The translations under genes and the position numbers were made by a program. 64,000 nt of DNA, taken from positions 1 through 64,000 of the IMG/VR virus record IMGVR_UViG_3300024518_005299, one strand, 5' to 3'. This DNA is from a virus. Of this stretch, positions 9,059 through 18,569 are shown one piece after another (position 1 is the stretch's first letter; every line of letters begins with the position of its first letter). The notes below the pieces were generated by a model that did not search any database, was not told the DNA's origin, and saw only the letters and a program-made list of their open reading frames with translations.

Positions 9059-9374
9059 CCAACCACCGATTAGTAAGTCGCGCCTGAAGAACTTTCGCGC
9101 GAGGATTAAAGATCTCAGCGACCAAGAATCAGAACTGCGTGCCCAAATGCGTCACCTGTATGATGAATTTGCTCTAGATGCCTTTGATTCTGAAATGGCT
9201 CTGCGACACGTGCGACAAGCATATTTTGAGATCCAGAAGTACAGAATGCATGAACAGTTAGCAGACCTAATGGAATTCCACCCCTTCTTTAGCATCAACC
9301 CCATGAGTTCTAATTACTTCCATCAATTTGATGAGGACGACGAAGATGAAAGGGATGATGACTGTATACTATGA
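9051..9374 (+). CDS. hypothetical protein
   Basis: Overlaps the terL start (ATGA). Confidence 0.7.
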   Translation: MNNQPPISKSRLKNFRARIKDLSDQESELRAQMRHLYDEFALDAFDSEMALRHVRQAYFEIQKYRMHEQLADLMEFHPFFSINPMSSNYFHQFDEDDEDERDDDCIL

Positions 9375-11416
9375 CCGTTGCTGCCAAAATTATAACTGAT
9401 TCGAAAGTCATTGAGGACTCACTGTATGTTCACGATAAAAAGCAATATCCTTATATCGTAAATAGAATAGCGAATGTTTGTCTAACAAAGTTAGTAGAGT
9501 TAATATTTAAGAACCAGTTCGGCAATCCACTTCAATTACTTCCCTTCCAAAGTGTTATGCTGCATATGATGTGGCATAAAAAATTCCCCATGGTGTTAGC
9601 CTGTCGTGGAGCAGGTAAAACATTTATGTTAGCAATTTATTGTTTATTAAAGTGCTTGCTAGTGCCTGGTACGAAGGTCGTGGTGGTTTCCGGTGGCTTC
9701 CGTCAGGCAAAGTTTACGTTCCAATATATTGATGACTTAGTGAAGCAATCTCCCATCATCCAGGAAACCATTCGGAAGTACCATCCTGGTAATGACTTCG
9801 GTGTTAAGTTTGCCACGGATCGAGTTTATCTTAAGGTAGGCGTCAATACGCAGATTACTGGCATTCCAGTGGGTGACGGAACCAAAGTGAGAGGTATGCG
9901 AGCCACGACGTTGGTCTGTGATGAGGTTGCGTCAATTGACGATCATGTGTTCGATACTGCGATTGGTCCGTTCCTGTCAGTGAAGGCAGACCCTGCAGAG
10001 GCAGTGATGTTGCGCGAGTTCACAGAGAAATTGCGAGGCATGGGTGTGAATGCAGGTATTATAAATATGATTGAAGAGGCGCGCCGAATGACTGGCAACC
10101 AGCTAGTCTTGTCTGGCACGGCTACTTATCAGTTCTCGCACTTCTTCCGTCGATACGAAGCCTATAAGATCTTTGCTTCATCTGGTGGCGATGCTAAGAA
10201 AATCAAAGAAGGGTTGCGTCGTCAGAGTAGAGATGGGACTATCAACGTCAGTGATGACATGTTGGCAAGATGGCAGAAAATGTATTCAGAGTACGCTATC
10301 TTCCAGCTTCCATACTATGCCATGCCACCAGACTTCCTAGATGAGGATATCGTTGCTAATCATAAAGCAATCATGGATGAAGTCATTTTCGGACACGAAT
10401 ATGAATGTAGATTTAGTAAAGATACTCATGGCTTCTTTCCGCGATCTATTATTGATGCAGCATCCCCCGGAATGCCGGGTCTAGGCGAAGTAAGTCGTGA
10501 ATTTCATTATGAATTGTATGGCGAGCCCGGATTCCAATATGTGATGGGTCTTGACCCTGCTCGACACAATGACAACTTTGGTCTAGTAGTCCTGAAGTTA
10601 GTGGGCACTACGGCACAGGTAGTCTATGTCGATGCTTGGAATAAGACCGAGTATGGCAAGAGTATCGTTAGGATTAGAGAGACTCTACGGAGATTCCCTG
10701 GCGTCATGCGTATTGCTTGTGATACTGGCGGTGGCGGTGTTACTATTCAGGAAATGTTTGCTGACTCAAAGCATATTGACACGAGTAAAGGTGAAGTGCC
10801 AATTATCTCGATTGATCCTGAGACGGAGCATAAAGCTATCCCTAATGCCCAAAGAATGCTCGAGATGATTAATTTCCACACTTGGTCCGCGCCTGCGAAC
10901 CATGCTTTAAAACGAGATATCACCACAGGGCATATTCTATTCCCGGGGCGTCTAGATGATAATATTGTATTAAATCAACATGCCAAGAGAATGATCAACG
11001 AGGTAGAATTTGATCTAACAAATCCAGAACATGTCGTAGCTGCTGAACATATCAATGACTTACTTTATGGGGTGGATAATAGTGATGGAGACCCGGTTAC
11101 GTTAGGTAATTATCGTGAAATGATGGAATTAACTAATGAGCTATGCACTATTATTCAAACAGTAACCGAAAAGGGCAGCGAGACGTTTGGTCTACAGAAG
11201 TTGGCAGATCAACCTGACGGGCTAGATGTCAGGCGTCGAGATCGGTATAGTGCGCTCTTACTTGCTAGTCATGCAGCTAGAGTAGTAAAAGGACATGGTC
11301 ATGAGAAAGGCTGGGGCTCTGCCTATGGTGGGACTCCACAGGATATCTTAAGGAATTCGCCGCGTCGTGGTCATGGACATTACCCCATACGTAAACATGG
11401 TGGGGTGGCCTACTAA
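9371..11416 (+). CDS. terL: terminase large subunit
   Basis: Walker A CRGAGKT, Walker B LVCDE, SGTA coupling motif, RNaseH-like GLDPA...D. Confidence 0.93.
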   Translation: MTVAAKIITDSKVIEDSLYVHDKKQYPYIVNRIANVCLTKLVELIFKNQFGNPLQLLPFQSVMLHMMWHKKFPMVLACRGAGKTFMLAIYCLLKCLLVPGTKVVVVSGGFRQAKFTFQYIDDLVKQSPIIQETIRKYHPGNDFGVKFATDRVYLKVGVNTQITGIPVGDGTKVRGMRATTLVCDEVASIDDHVFDTAIGPFLSVKADPAEAVMLREFTEKLRGMGVNAGIINMIEEARRMTGNQLVLSGTATYQFSHFFRRYEAYKIFASSGGDAKKIKEGLRRQSRDGTINVSDDMLARWQKMYSEYAIFQLPYYAMPPDFLDEDIVANHKAIMDEVIFGHEYECRFSKDTHGFFPRSIIDAASPGMPGLGEVSREFHYELYGEPGFQYVMGLDPARHNDNFGLVVLKLVGTTAQVVYVDAWNKTEYGKSIVRIRETLRRFPGVMRIACDTGGGGVTIQEMFADSKHIDTSKGEVPIISIDPETEHKAIPNAQRMLEMINFHTWSAPANHALKRDITTGHILFPGRLDDNIVLNQHAKRMINEVEFDLTNPEHVVAAEHINDLLYGVDNSDGDPVTLGNYREMMELTNELCTIIQTVTEKGSETFGLQKLADQPDGLDVRRRDRYSALLLASHAARVVKGHGHEKGWGSAYGGTPQDILRNSPRRGHGHYPIRKHGGVAY

Positions 11417-11613
11417 TGGATAAATCAAAATTTCCACACGCTATTGACTGTTATTTATTAGTGTCCCGAAATGGATGGCCGCCATATCCTGAGGATGACC
11501 CCACGGCGACGGCTATTGTCTATTCCGAGGAAGAGGTCGACTCTGTTAAAAAACAACTTTTAGATGAACATCCTGGAGGATGGTTGGTAGAACGCCCTCT
11601 CGATGTGCGCTAG
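11416..11613 (+). CDS. hypothetical protein
   Basis: TAATG overlap with terL. Confidence 0.7.
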   Translation: MDKSKFPHAIDCYLLVSRNGWPPYPEDDPTATAIVYSEEEVDSVKKQLLDEHPGGWLVERPLDVR

Positions 11614-11624
11614 TTAGTGTATAA
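11614..11624 (+). promoter_or_regulatory. putative late promoter TTAGTGTATAA
   Basis: One of 7 near-identical copies; upstream of portal. Confidence 0.7.
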
Positions 11625-11679
11625 GAGGATAGTGATCCTTGTTTTGAGCGATCATGATTCCTAAAAAGGAGATGGCAAT

Positions 11680-14133
11680 ATGGCAGAGCATGAACCCGGT
11701 AATAAAACTCGTGGGGATCTTACAGAGCCCGATGCAATGGACATCTTAAATGCTGCTCCTATTGTAGATAGTCCCACCGCGCCTGGAGACCTAGATGCTT
11801 TCCGCTCGGCTTATGCCAAGGCAGACTATGGTAGTGTTTATGCACGGAGTCAACCAAAAGCTAGTGCCGGTGTTGGATTTTATGGCGAGCATGCTGGTAA
11901 TGGCCTATTTTCTCCTCCAGTAGAATTTGGCGGTGGTGGTGGTTTTCACCAAGCTCACTTTAGTCCTTTTGATGCTTTTAGCAATCCAGCTCGCTATGGT
12001 GGTGGGTATGGTGGGTATGCTGGTAGAGAAGGTTGGGTTTATAATCGGGGTGGCAACTCTAACATTGATCATCAACGCATAGCACAATGTATCCTCCTTT
12101 ATAAGACCGAAGGAGTAGTTCAGACTATTGTGCATCTACTAGCTGATTTCGCTGTTGAGAGTATAGATCTAATTCATGAAGACGTAACAGTACATAGGTT
12201 TTTCCAAGCATGGAAAACTAAAGTAAAACTCAAAGAACGCTTGCATCGGTTTGTGGTCGATTTACTGCGTACGGGTAATGTGTTTATCTGGACACAAGAA
12301 GCAAAGTTAAAGCCTGCTGAGAAAAATCACATGAAGCGTGGGCTAGCTGCTAAACTTATTGGTGATGAACTTGTTGTTGAATTACAAGACGCTGATGGGA
12401 AGCGCCTCAAAGATAAGACTATATCTGTTGAGTTGGCGAATGATGATTTTAGTCGCTTGCAAAAATTAGGTGAGGCATGTCGCGAACATGCCACGGCAGG
12501 CAAGGTGAACGAAGTCATGTTGGAAAAGGTTGAGGCTGGCACTCGCAATGACCCAACAGATCCACGAGCTGCTGATAAGAAGGATAAGAAAAAAGGTTTG
12601 ATTCCATGGGATTATGTCTCTCTCAACCCGCTACAGATGGAGCCTCGCGGTTCGCGCTTTGCTAATGAGCATTATTGGGTTATGCTATTAAATGCTCGTG
12701 ATATGAAGCCCTTATCTAAATTCATGTCATATCGTTATTATGCGGATATCGGCACAACAAAAGTAAATCTTCCAGAGATTTTCCAAGGCAAGCTACAACC
12801 TGTAAAGGCAGGGTCTCCATACGCTGCAGAGCTAAGATTGGACGAAGGTCGACTATCTGTTATCCAAGACGTTACAAAAGCCGATTATGAAGACTGGGCT
12901 ACCCCACAGATCTATCCTGCACATAAAGAGGTTGCATTCAAACGTTTGATGCGTCAATCTGAGATCTCCGCAGTAGAATCTATGAAGCATGCCATCACCC
13001 TAATCAAATTGGGCGATGTAAAGGAAGGGTTCGTTCCTGATCCAGAGCAAATAGAACGAGTTGCAGCCGCCATCGCCGGTGGCTCGCAAACTCATCACTT
13101 AGTATGGGATGATCTTATCGAAGGCCAAGTCTTGCAGCCTGATATTGGCAAGATAATGGATCCTAAGAAATATACTCAAGTTGATAAAGATATCTACGCT
13201 GCTCTTGGCGTATCTGAATCTGTCATGACTGGTAATGGTAGTTTTGCCAACTCTTTTATGTCTATCAAATTGCTACTAGAGAAACTAGAGACTATTCGTT
13301 GCAAACTAGAAGATTGGTTGCAAGTAGAAGTCAAGAAGATTTCTGATGCTATGAAGTTTAGACGGCTCCCGATCATCAAGTGGGGCTTAATGAATTTACG
13401 TGATGAAAATACTGAGCGCAAGCTGTGGATTGACTTGTATGATCGAGGCATAGTTTCTGATGAATCCATGCTAGAAAGATTTGGCACCGATTTTAATGTT
13501 GAGACCGAACGTCAGAAGTTTGAGAAGAAGGTCAAGGAAGACAATAATAAGGGTGTTAAAAAGCCAGACGATCAGTTCCGTTCACCAGTTATGGTGTCTC
13601 GCGGCCCATTTAATCGTGACCTAATTAATAAGCCGCCCCCCGCAGCTGGAGGTAAAGGTGGTCGCCCAGTTAAAACCGGCACCCCTCAGAAGAAGAAGCG
13701 TGAGACTAAACCACAGGGGATGGGGAACGTGCATAAGTTTCAGCAGTATCATCAATTTGCCACGTCGGCACTTAAAGCCATCAGTGATATTTCTACACAG
13801 CTAGCTGTAAAAAATCAAGAGGTGCGCGATTCCCGTTCTCTAACTAAAGCTCAAAAGACAGACCTAGAGGGTATCATAGTTGGTGTTTTGGCAGGGCTTA
13901 ATCCTGAGACACCATTTACTGAGAGTTTAGTGTATGATATATTAAAGGGTGATGACTCTATTTCTTTAAATGAGAGATGCGAAAGAATCCTAGCTCTTTA
14001 TCAAAGTGAAGCCGCTGATGCTGGTAATAAGGAAGAGCGGTTTGATTTGATGTGTAATATATTCGCCGCGATCAATGCAGATCTACTAGAGGACTCAAAT
14101 GAAGAAGCTGTTGGAACTCCTGAAGAAAGCTAG
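11680..14133 (+). CDS. portal protein
   Basis: Follows terL; VVQTIVHLLADFAVESI...RFVVDLLRTGNVFI; IYAALGVSE...GSFANS portal-like segments. Confidence 0.85.
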   Translation: MAEHEPGNKTRGDLTEPDAMDILNAAPIVDSPTAPGDLDAFRSAYAKADYGSVYARSQPKASAGVGFYGEHAGNGLFSPPVEFGGGGGFHQAHFSPFDAFSNPARYGGGYGGYAGREGWVYNRGGNSNIDHQRIAQCILLYKTEGVVQTIVHLLADFAVESIDLIHEDVTVHRFFQAWKTKVKLKERLHRFVVDLLRTGNVFIWTQEAKLKPAEKNHMKRGLAAKLIGDELVVELQDADGKRLKDKTISVELANDDFSRLQKLGEACREHATAGKVNEVMLEKVEAGTRNDPTDPRAADKKDKKKGLIPWDYVSLNPLQMEPRGSRFANEHYWVMLLNARDMKPLSKFMSYRYYADIGTTKVNLPEIFQGKLQPVKAGSPYAAELRLDEGRLSVIQDVTKADYEDWATPQIYPAHKEVAFKRLMRQSEISAVESMKHAITLIKLGDVKEGFVPDPEQIERVAAAIAGGSQTHHLVWDDLIEGQVLQPDIGKIMDPKKYTQVDKDIYAALGVSESVMTGNGSFANSFMSIKLLLEKLETIRCKLEDWLQVEVKKISDAMKFRRLPIIKWGLMNLRDENTERKLWIDLYDRGIVSDESMLERFGTDFNVETERQKFEKKVKEDNNKGVKKPDDQFRSPVMVSRGPFNRDLINKPPPAAGGKGGRPVKTGTPQKKKRETKPQGMGNVHKFQQYHQFATSALKAISDISTQLAVKNQEVRDSRSLTKAQKTDLEGIIVGVLAGLNPETPFTESLVYDILKGDDSISLNERCERILALYQSEAADAGNKEERFDLMCNIFAAINADLLEDSNEEAVGTPEES

Positions 14134-14242
14134 AAAATACTTAGGCGTAGCGCTTGGGTATTTAAAGAAGCTATTCGTATGGGGTAAGAAGACTGATGAA
14201 ATATTGGCAGAGGCTGAAAAAGAGCTAAAGTCCGAAGAGTAG
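14099..14242 (+). CDS. 47-aa cationic amphipathic peptide (not in ORF track)
   Basis: GAGGA 5 nt before ATG; MKKLLELLKKARKYLGVALGYLKKLFVWGKKTDEILAEAEKELKSEE*. Confidence 0.7.
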   Translation: MKKLLELLKKARKYLGVALGYLKKLFVWGKKTDEILAEAEKELKSEE

Positions 14243-14308
14243 GCGGTCGTCCCTAGAATTCTCTTCTAGTTGCTAATTTACAAATACCATTATCTAAGGA
14301 GCTTAATC

Positions 14309-14533
14309 ATGGCAATCGCAAGTACCCCAGGACCATTTGATGGAGAAGTCGGTGGCAATCGTAATCGTATTCGTCGTATTACCTTTATGGTGTCTCCGAT
14401 CAAAACCGTTTCTCATTTAGATAATCGTTCCTCCGGGAGTGTAGGAGCCTACGGGAAGACTCGTAGTGATTCTAGCGATCCTGCAAATATTCACGTGACT
14501 CCTCGCGATCGTTATATCACCGAGGAAGAATAA
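14309..14533 (+). CDS. small putative virion protein
   Basis: AAGGAG RBS, ATG 14309. Confidence 0.75.
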   Translation: MAIASTPGPFDGEVGGNRNRIRRITFMVSPIKTVSHLDNRSSGSVGAYGKTRSDSSDPANIHVTPRDRYITEEE

Positions 14534-15153
14534 TGAATGATTTAGTAAGGGCGCGTTTGTTAGGTCTTACCCTTGAAGAGTTTCAGTCTCTAGTAGGCCA
14601 CGATCCTTTAGACACCTATACTGAGTTTACTAAGGGTGGGACTATGAGACCGAAAGACGCTAAGCAATATAGCGACGATGATGCCAAGCCGAAGGATAAG
14701 AAGAAGAAAGATAAAAAGACAGATGCGACAGGGTCTGATGTTTTTGAGACTGATGAGGATGTCAGAAATAAAACAGCTAGAGAATTAGAGCATTATTGGG
14801 ATCGTCCCATCGAGTCTGAAGCTGACGAGGCTCTTTATTATGGATTCCATATTCATGGTAAAGATAATGCATATGGTTTGCACGCTCATTATCCTAGTGG
14901 TCCATTAGGCGGTGGGCACAAACATGGTCCTCAAGATCAGCTAGGTCATCACACTCACCGATATAGTCGGGAAGAATTGCTACAATTTAAATTTGCTAGT
15001 CCTGGCACTATGATTGAGATAGATGGTCCTCACACGCATCAGCATAATGCCCCTGACGGCAAGCATATCCACCAGGAAGAGAACTTTGGCCCCGCTAGCG
15101 GTCCACGCGCTGAGATGATTAAGAAGCGTAATGAGAGGGTGGATAAGAACTAA
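14533..15153 (+). CDS. His-rich (HxH) protein
   Basis: HIH, HAH, HKH, HTH, HTHQH, HIH in the C-terminal half. Confidence 0.75.
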   Translation: MNDLVRARLLGLTLEEFQSLVGHDPLDTYTEFTKGGTMRPKDAKQYSDDDAKPKDKKKKDKKTDATGSDVFETDEDVRNKTARELEHYWDRPIESEADEALYYGFHIHGKDNAYGLHAHYPSGPLGGGHKHGPQDQLGHHTHRYSREELLQFKFASPGTMIEIDGPHTHQHNAPDGKHIHQEENFGPASGPRAEMIKKRNERVDKN

Positions 15154-15176
15154 ATCCGCCAACTAGATATAAAGTT

Positions 15177-15187
15177 TTAGTGTATTA
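15177..15187 (+). promoter_or_regulatory. putative late promoter TTAGTGTATTA
   Basis: Motif copy upstream of the protease/scaffold gene. Confidence 0.6.
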
Positions 15188-15194
15188 GACTGTT

Positions 15195-16937
15195 ATGGGT
15201 AATAAAGACTATTCTAAAATACGAGCAATAGCCGTTCGAGAGGTTAAGTTCGCACGACCTTCTAAGCTCAATAGCGAGAAGATAACTGCAGCTTTATCTA
15301 CGCTCTCGCGAACATTGGATAATGTTGATGAGCTACAGAAGCAGGCTGATTTGTTGCACGTAGAGGCGGTATTAGTCAGCGAAGGCATTAATGATAATGA
15401 TGATGCTTTTACCCGTGAAGAATTAAAGCGCGCCATCTCAAGTCCGCTTTTAAAGCCTATGAATTGGCAGCACGACGATAAACGTATCCTAGGTGCTATG
15501 TATGCCGTCGAGGCTCGTGATCTTAAGGGGAATCCCCTTACTGTAGAGGAAATTGATAATCAGCCGATTGAGTTAGTTATCCAGGGTGTTGTTTGGCACC
15601 AGCTTCCTCACATTAAAATAACTGCGGATGAGATTGTCCAGCGTATTGAGCAGGGCAGTCTTTTCGTATCTATGGAATGTTGGTTTGACAATTACGGATA
15701 TGGGCTTTATAACCAGTCTGGTGAATTGTTTGATCACATCGCTCGTAAACCAGAAACCGCATTCCTGGACGCACATCTTCGTGCGAACGGTGGAACTGGT
15801 ATATTTAATAATATGCGTATCGGTAGAGCACTAGTTGGTGTCTCCTTTGGTGGTATCGCCTTTGTAGATCGCCCAGCTAATCAACGCTCATTTATTCTCA
15901 ATCACTTTGCATTCGATCCAATTAAAGTATTGGAAGAAATCGGTGCAGGCAGTGATGACTTGGCTCAGGATCAAGTCATTACAAAAACAACGTTGTTTAG
16001 TAATGAACCAATGGAGGTTAACATGAACGATCTGAACCGCGCTGCCGCAGGTAACGCTGACGAGATCACCCAGAGTGTTGAGAAGCTTCTCGATGCGCGC
16101 GAGCGCGCCGAAGCTAGCAAGCGCACGAAGGCTGATCTAGATGTCGCCGTTTCCCGCGTAACAGCTCTAGAAGACAGCCTTAAAGGGGCTGAGAGTACTC
16201 TAGAAAGGCTTCAGACGGCTATCGAACAGGCATATGCCGGTGCAACTTCTGACACACCTGAGGAGATCGCCAAGATCGATCGTGCTCTAGAGGTCACAGG
16301 AGATGGCGCAGGTGACGCAGTATTTGCTGCTAAGGTTGCTTGGATTGCAGATAGTCGTAAGGCAGTTGCTGAGGCTCTTGTTGAAAGCAAGACCACGGCG
16401 TCTGACACTGAGCTGATCGAAGAGAATAAGCTGCTAAAAGCAGAACTTGATTCTATAAAAGCTGATCTACGAACTAATGAAATTAATTATCTCTTCGCTG
16501 AGGTACTTGAGTTCACTAAGGAAGAGGTCGCAAAATATCTAAAAGACGGTCTCGCGAAGGCTTCTGACGAAGACTATAACGAGTGGTTTGAAGATAAGCA
16601 AATCTTTGCTAAGAAATTCATTGACTTTAAGAAGAAAGACAAGAAGGACGGCAAGGACAAGAAAGAAGACACGGAAGCGGGACTTCTTTCTCCATCACAG
16701 CGTGAGACTCCTATTGATGACGAGGGTGCAACTTTGAACACTCGTAACGGTAGCGCTCCTGCTGACATGTCACGCACCCCCCGTTCTAAGTTGACGGCGG
16801 ATCTTGACACCATGTTTGAGGAGGTTGACGAGCCTAACCTAGCTGGCGCTGGCGCTGGTGAAGGTGATAGTAATTCCCCAATGGGGCATCTAGTGGCTAG
16901 TCTTCTACCGAGTACCAATAAGGACAAGGAGGTCTAA
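15195..16937 (+). CDS. prohead protease/scaffold protein
   Basis: Between portal and capsid genes; NxNDDAF...MNWQHD...VSMECW...GIAFVDRPAN, then a coiled-coil acidic C-terminus. Confidence 0.75.
   Translation: MGNKDYSKIRAIAVREVKFARPSKLNSEKITAALSTLSRTLDNVDELQKQADLLHVEAVLVSEGINDNDDAFTREELKRAISSPLLKPMNWQHDDKRILGAMYAVEARDLKGNPLTVEEIDNQPIELVIQGVVWHQLPHIKITADEIVQRIEQGSLFVSMECWFDNYGYGLYNQSGELFDHIARKPETAFLDAHLRANGGTGIFNNMRIGRALVGVSFGGIAFVDRPANQRSFILNHFAFDPIKVLEEIGAGSDDLAQDQVITKTTLFSNEPMEVNMNDLNRAAAGNADEITQSVEKLLDARERAEASKRTKADLDVAVSRVTALEDSLKGAESTLERLQTAIEQAYAGATSDTPEEIAKIDRALEVTGDGAGDAVFAAKVAWIADSRKAVAEALVESKTTASDTELIEENKLLKAELDSIKADLRTNEINYLFAEVLEFTKEEVAKYLKDGLAKASDEDYNEWFEDKQIFAKKFIDFKKKDKKDGKDKKEDTEAGLLSPSQRETPIDDEGATLNTRNGSAPADMSRTPRSKLTADLDTMFEEVDEPNLAGAGAGEGDSNSPMGHLVASLLPSTNKDKEV
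16023..16937 (+). CDS. nested in-frame scaffold protein (internal start)
   Basis: GGAGGT at 16013-16018 before an in-frame ATG at the domain boundary. Confidence 0.6.
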   Translation: MNDLNRAAAGNADEITQSVEKLLDARERAEASKRTKADLDVAVSRVTALEDSLKGAESTLERLQTAIEQAYAGATSDTPEEIAKIDRALEVTGDGAGDAVFAAKVAWIADSRKAVAEALVESKTTASDTELIEENKLLKAELDSIKADLRTNEINYLFAEVLEFTKEEVAKYLKDGLAKASDEDYNEWFEDKQIFAKKFIDFKKKDKKDGKDKKEDTEAGLLSPSQRETPIDDEGATLNTRNGSAPADMSRTPRSKLTADLDTMFEEVDEPNLAGAGAGEGDSNSPMGHLVASLLPSTNKDKEV

Positions 16938-16939
16938 TC

Positions 16940-17419
16940 ATGGCACTTAAAAGTGGAGGCCTAAGTCACATTCACGAGACTACAATAGATTATTCTCTGA
17001 ACCGCGCTGCGGAACCAGGGACCGTCTGTGTAGCTTCGGGCACTGCTGGCTTAGTAGATGTTGTCGCTGCTGATCAGATTGTATTGAACGAGGGGTCTGG
17101 TATTTATCCCATCGGTCTGCTTCTGAACACCCGTGAATCGTTTGACTATGCTAAAGAAACAGAGCGCTCGCAGTATGATACCGATGATATCGGTACACCT
17201 GTAACGCTGCTACGTCGTGGTGAGGTTGAAACCAACCTCGTGATTGCCAATGGCGGCGTTGCTATTGCCGCAGGTCAGCCCGCTTATCTCGCCCAAGATG
17301 GCAAGATTGGTAATGCTAACCTCGCTCCTTCCGGAGCCCTTAGTGACGGTCAGAGAGTTGGTCAATTTATGTCTGCTGTTGTCAGCACTTATGCAAAAGT
17401 TCGCATAGAACTTCAATAA
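16940..17419 (+). CDS. head decoration/cement protein
   Basis: Directly upstream of MCP; PIGLLLN...GEVETN...AGQPAYL..DG. Confidence 0.7.
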   Translation: MALKSGGLSHIHETTIDYSLNRAAEPGTVCVASGTAGLVDVVAADQIVLNEGSGIYPIGLLLNTRESFDYAKETERSQYDTDDIGTPVTLLRRGEVETNLVIANGGVAIAAGQPAYLAQDGKIGNANLAPSGALSDGQRVGQFMSAVVSTYAKVRIELQ

Positions 17420-17437
17420 TCAAAGGAGGAAATAATA

Positions 17438-18466
17438 ATGTATGAGAAGCAAAATGAGGAAACTCTTACGCTCCTACGTGCCATGGCCTCCCGCGATCAG
17501 CGAAAGGCAGAAGCCGCAAGAAAGGCTTTCGCACAGGAGCTTATATCTCCCCTACGTCGAGGCATCTTTGATGCTGACAACCTAGGTGATATTTATAGCC
17601 CACAGGTCATCCCTTATGGATCGACAGCTAGCTACCCGCTAGATTTTGTCCGTCCTGGTGATGAGGACACTTACACCGCTTATACTCTTCCCGAGCAGGG
17701 TCGTCTGCCCGAACGAAGAGTTGAGGCATCGGAAATCAACGTTCCGACCTTCAAGATTGGTAACTCAATCGACTGGGACATTAAGTTCATGAAGGAAGCA
17801 CGTTGGGATGTAGTCAAGCGCGCATTGCAAGTCTTCGAGGCTGGCTTTGTTCGTAAGATTAACTCTGATGGCTGGCGCTGTGTTCTCGCCGCTGGGGCAG
17901 ATCGTGGTCTGGTCGTGGAGGCTTCAGGCACTGCTGTCCTCACTGGTTCGTCTAGTTGTCTCACGACTGCTCCGAATCCTGGTGAGTTCACAAAAGAGCT
18001 AGTAAGTCGAATGCATACCGCAATGACGCGCGGTGCAGGTGGTAATGGTAACGCCGGTCGTTTGACTGATCTTTACCTATCTCTAGAAGCAATGGAATGT
18101 GTCCGTGCATGGGATGCCAGTCGGGTAGACGATTTTACCCGCCGTCAAATCTTTATGAGCGCTGAAAAGGGCTTAGCTCAGATTTATGGTGTTATCCTAC
18201 ACGCGATGACTGAGTATGGTCAGGATCAGGAATACGATGCATTCCTTGAGACCGTCCTAAGTCTTTCCAAGCCGACGGGGACCGAGCAGTTCGTAATGGG
18301 GCTCGACCTAAGTACGGAAGATTCTTTCGTGATGCCAATCAAGGAAGAGTTGGAGGTCTATGATGACGAAGCGCTAGTTCGCTTCCAACGCATGGGCATA
18401 TTTGGTTGGATGCGGCATGGATTTGCATGTCTTGACAATAGGCGCGTTTTAATTGGAGCCTTTTAG
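17438..18466 (+). CDS. major capsid protein (HK97 fold)
   Basis: AAGGAGG RBS, 342 aa, position, followed by a terminator; C-terminal GIFGWMRHGFACLD. Confidence 0.85.
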   Translation: MYEKQNEETLTLLRAMASRDQRKAEAARKAFAQELISPLRRGIFDADNLGDIYSPQVIPYGSTASYPLDFVRPGDEDTYTAYTLPEQGRLPERRVEASEINVPTFKIGNSIDWDIKFMKEARWDVVKRALQVFEAGFVRKINSDGWRCVLAAGADRGLVVEASGTAVLTGSSSCLTTAPNPGEFTKELVSRMHTAMTRGAGGNGNAGRLTDLYLSLEAMECVRAWDASRVDDFTRRQIFMSAEKGLAQIYGVILHAMTEYGQDQEYDAFLETVLSLSKPTGTEQFVMGLDLSTEDSFVMPIKEELEVYDDEALVRFQRMGIFGWMRHGFACLDNRRVLIGAF

Positions 18467-18502
18467 GATCATTCTAAAAAACTCCGAATAACACTCGGCG
18501 AT

Positions 18503-18513
18503 CTAGTGTATAA
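18503..18513 (+). promoter_or_regulatory. putative late promoter CTAGTGTATAA
   Basis: Motif copy abutting the terminator hairpin. Confidence 0.55.
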
Positions 18514-18514
18514 G

Positions 18515-18548
18515 AAGAGTAGCAGCCGAAAGGTTGCTGCTCTTTTTT
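18515..18548 (+). terminator. intrinsic terminator after MCP
   Basis: 13-bp stem AAGAGTAGCAGCC/GGTTGCTGCTCTT, GAAA loop, T run. Confidence 0.85.
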
Positions 18549-18569
18549 CTTTTATACGAGGATAGGATA

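Noticed and set aside
13927-13937. Partial late-motif matches (TTAGTGTATGA 13927, TTAGTGTAGAG 2809, CTAGTGTATCA 1510)
   Set aside because: Mismatched in the conserved 3' part or poorly placed; not counted
16574-16927. Many antisense and off-frame ORFs over structural and replication genes (e.g. 16574..16927, 29765..30160, 52089..52463)
   Set aside because: Shadows of long sense ORFs; no RBS or recognisable motifs
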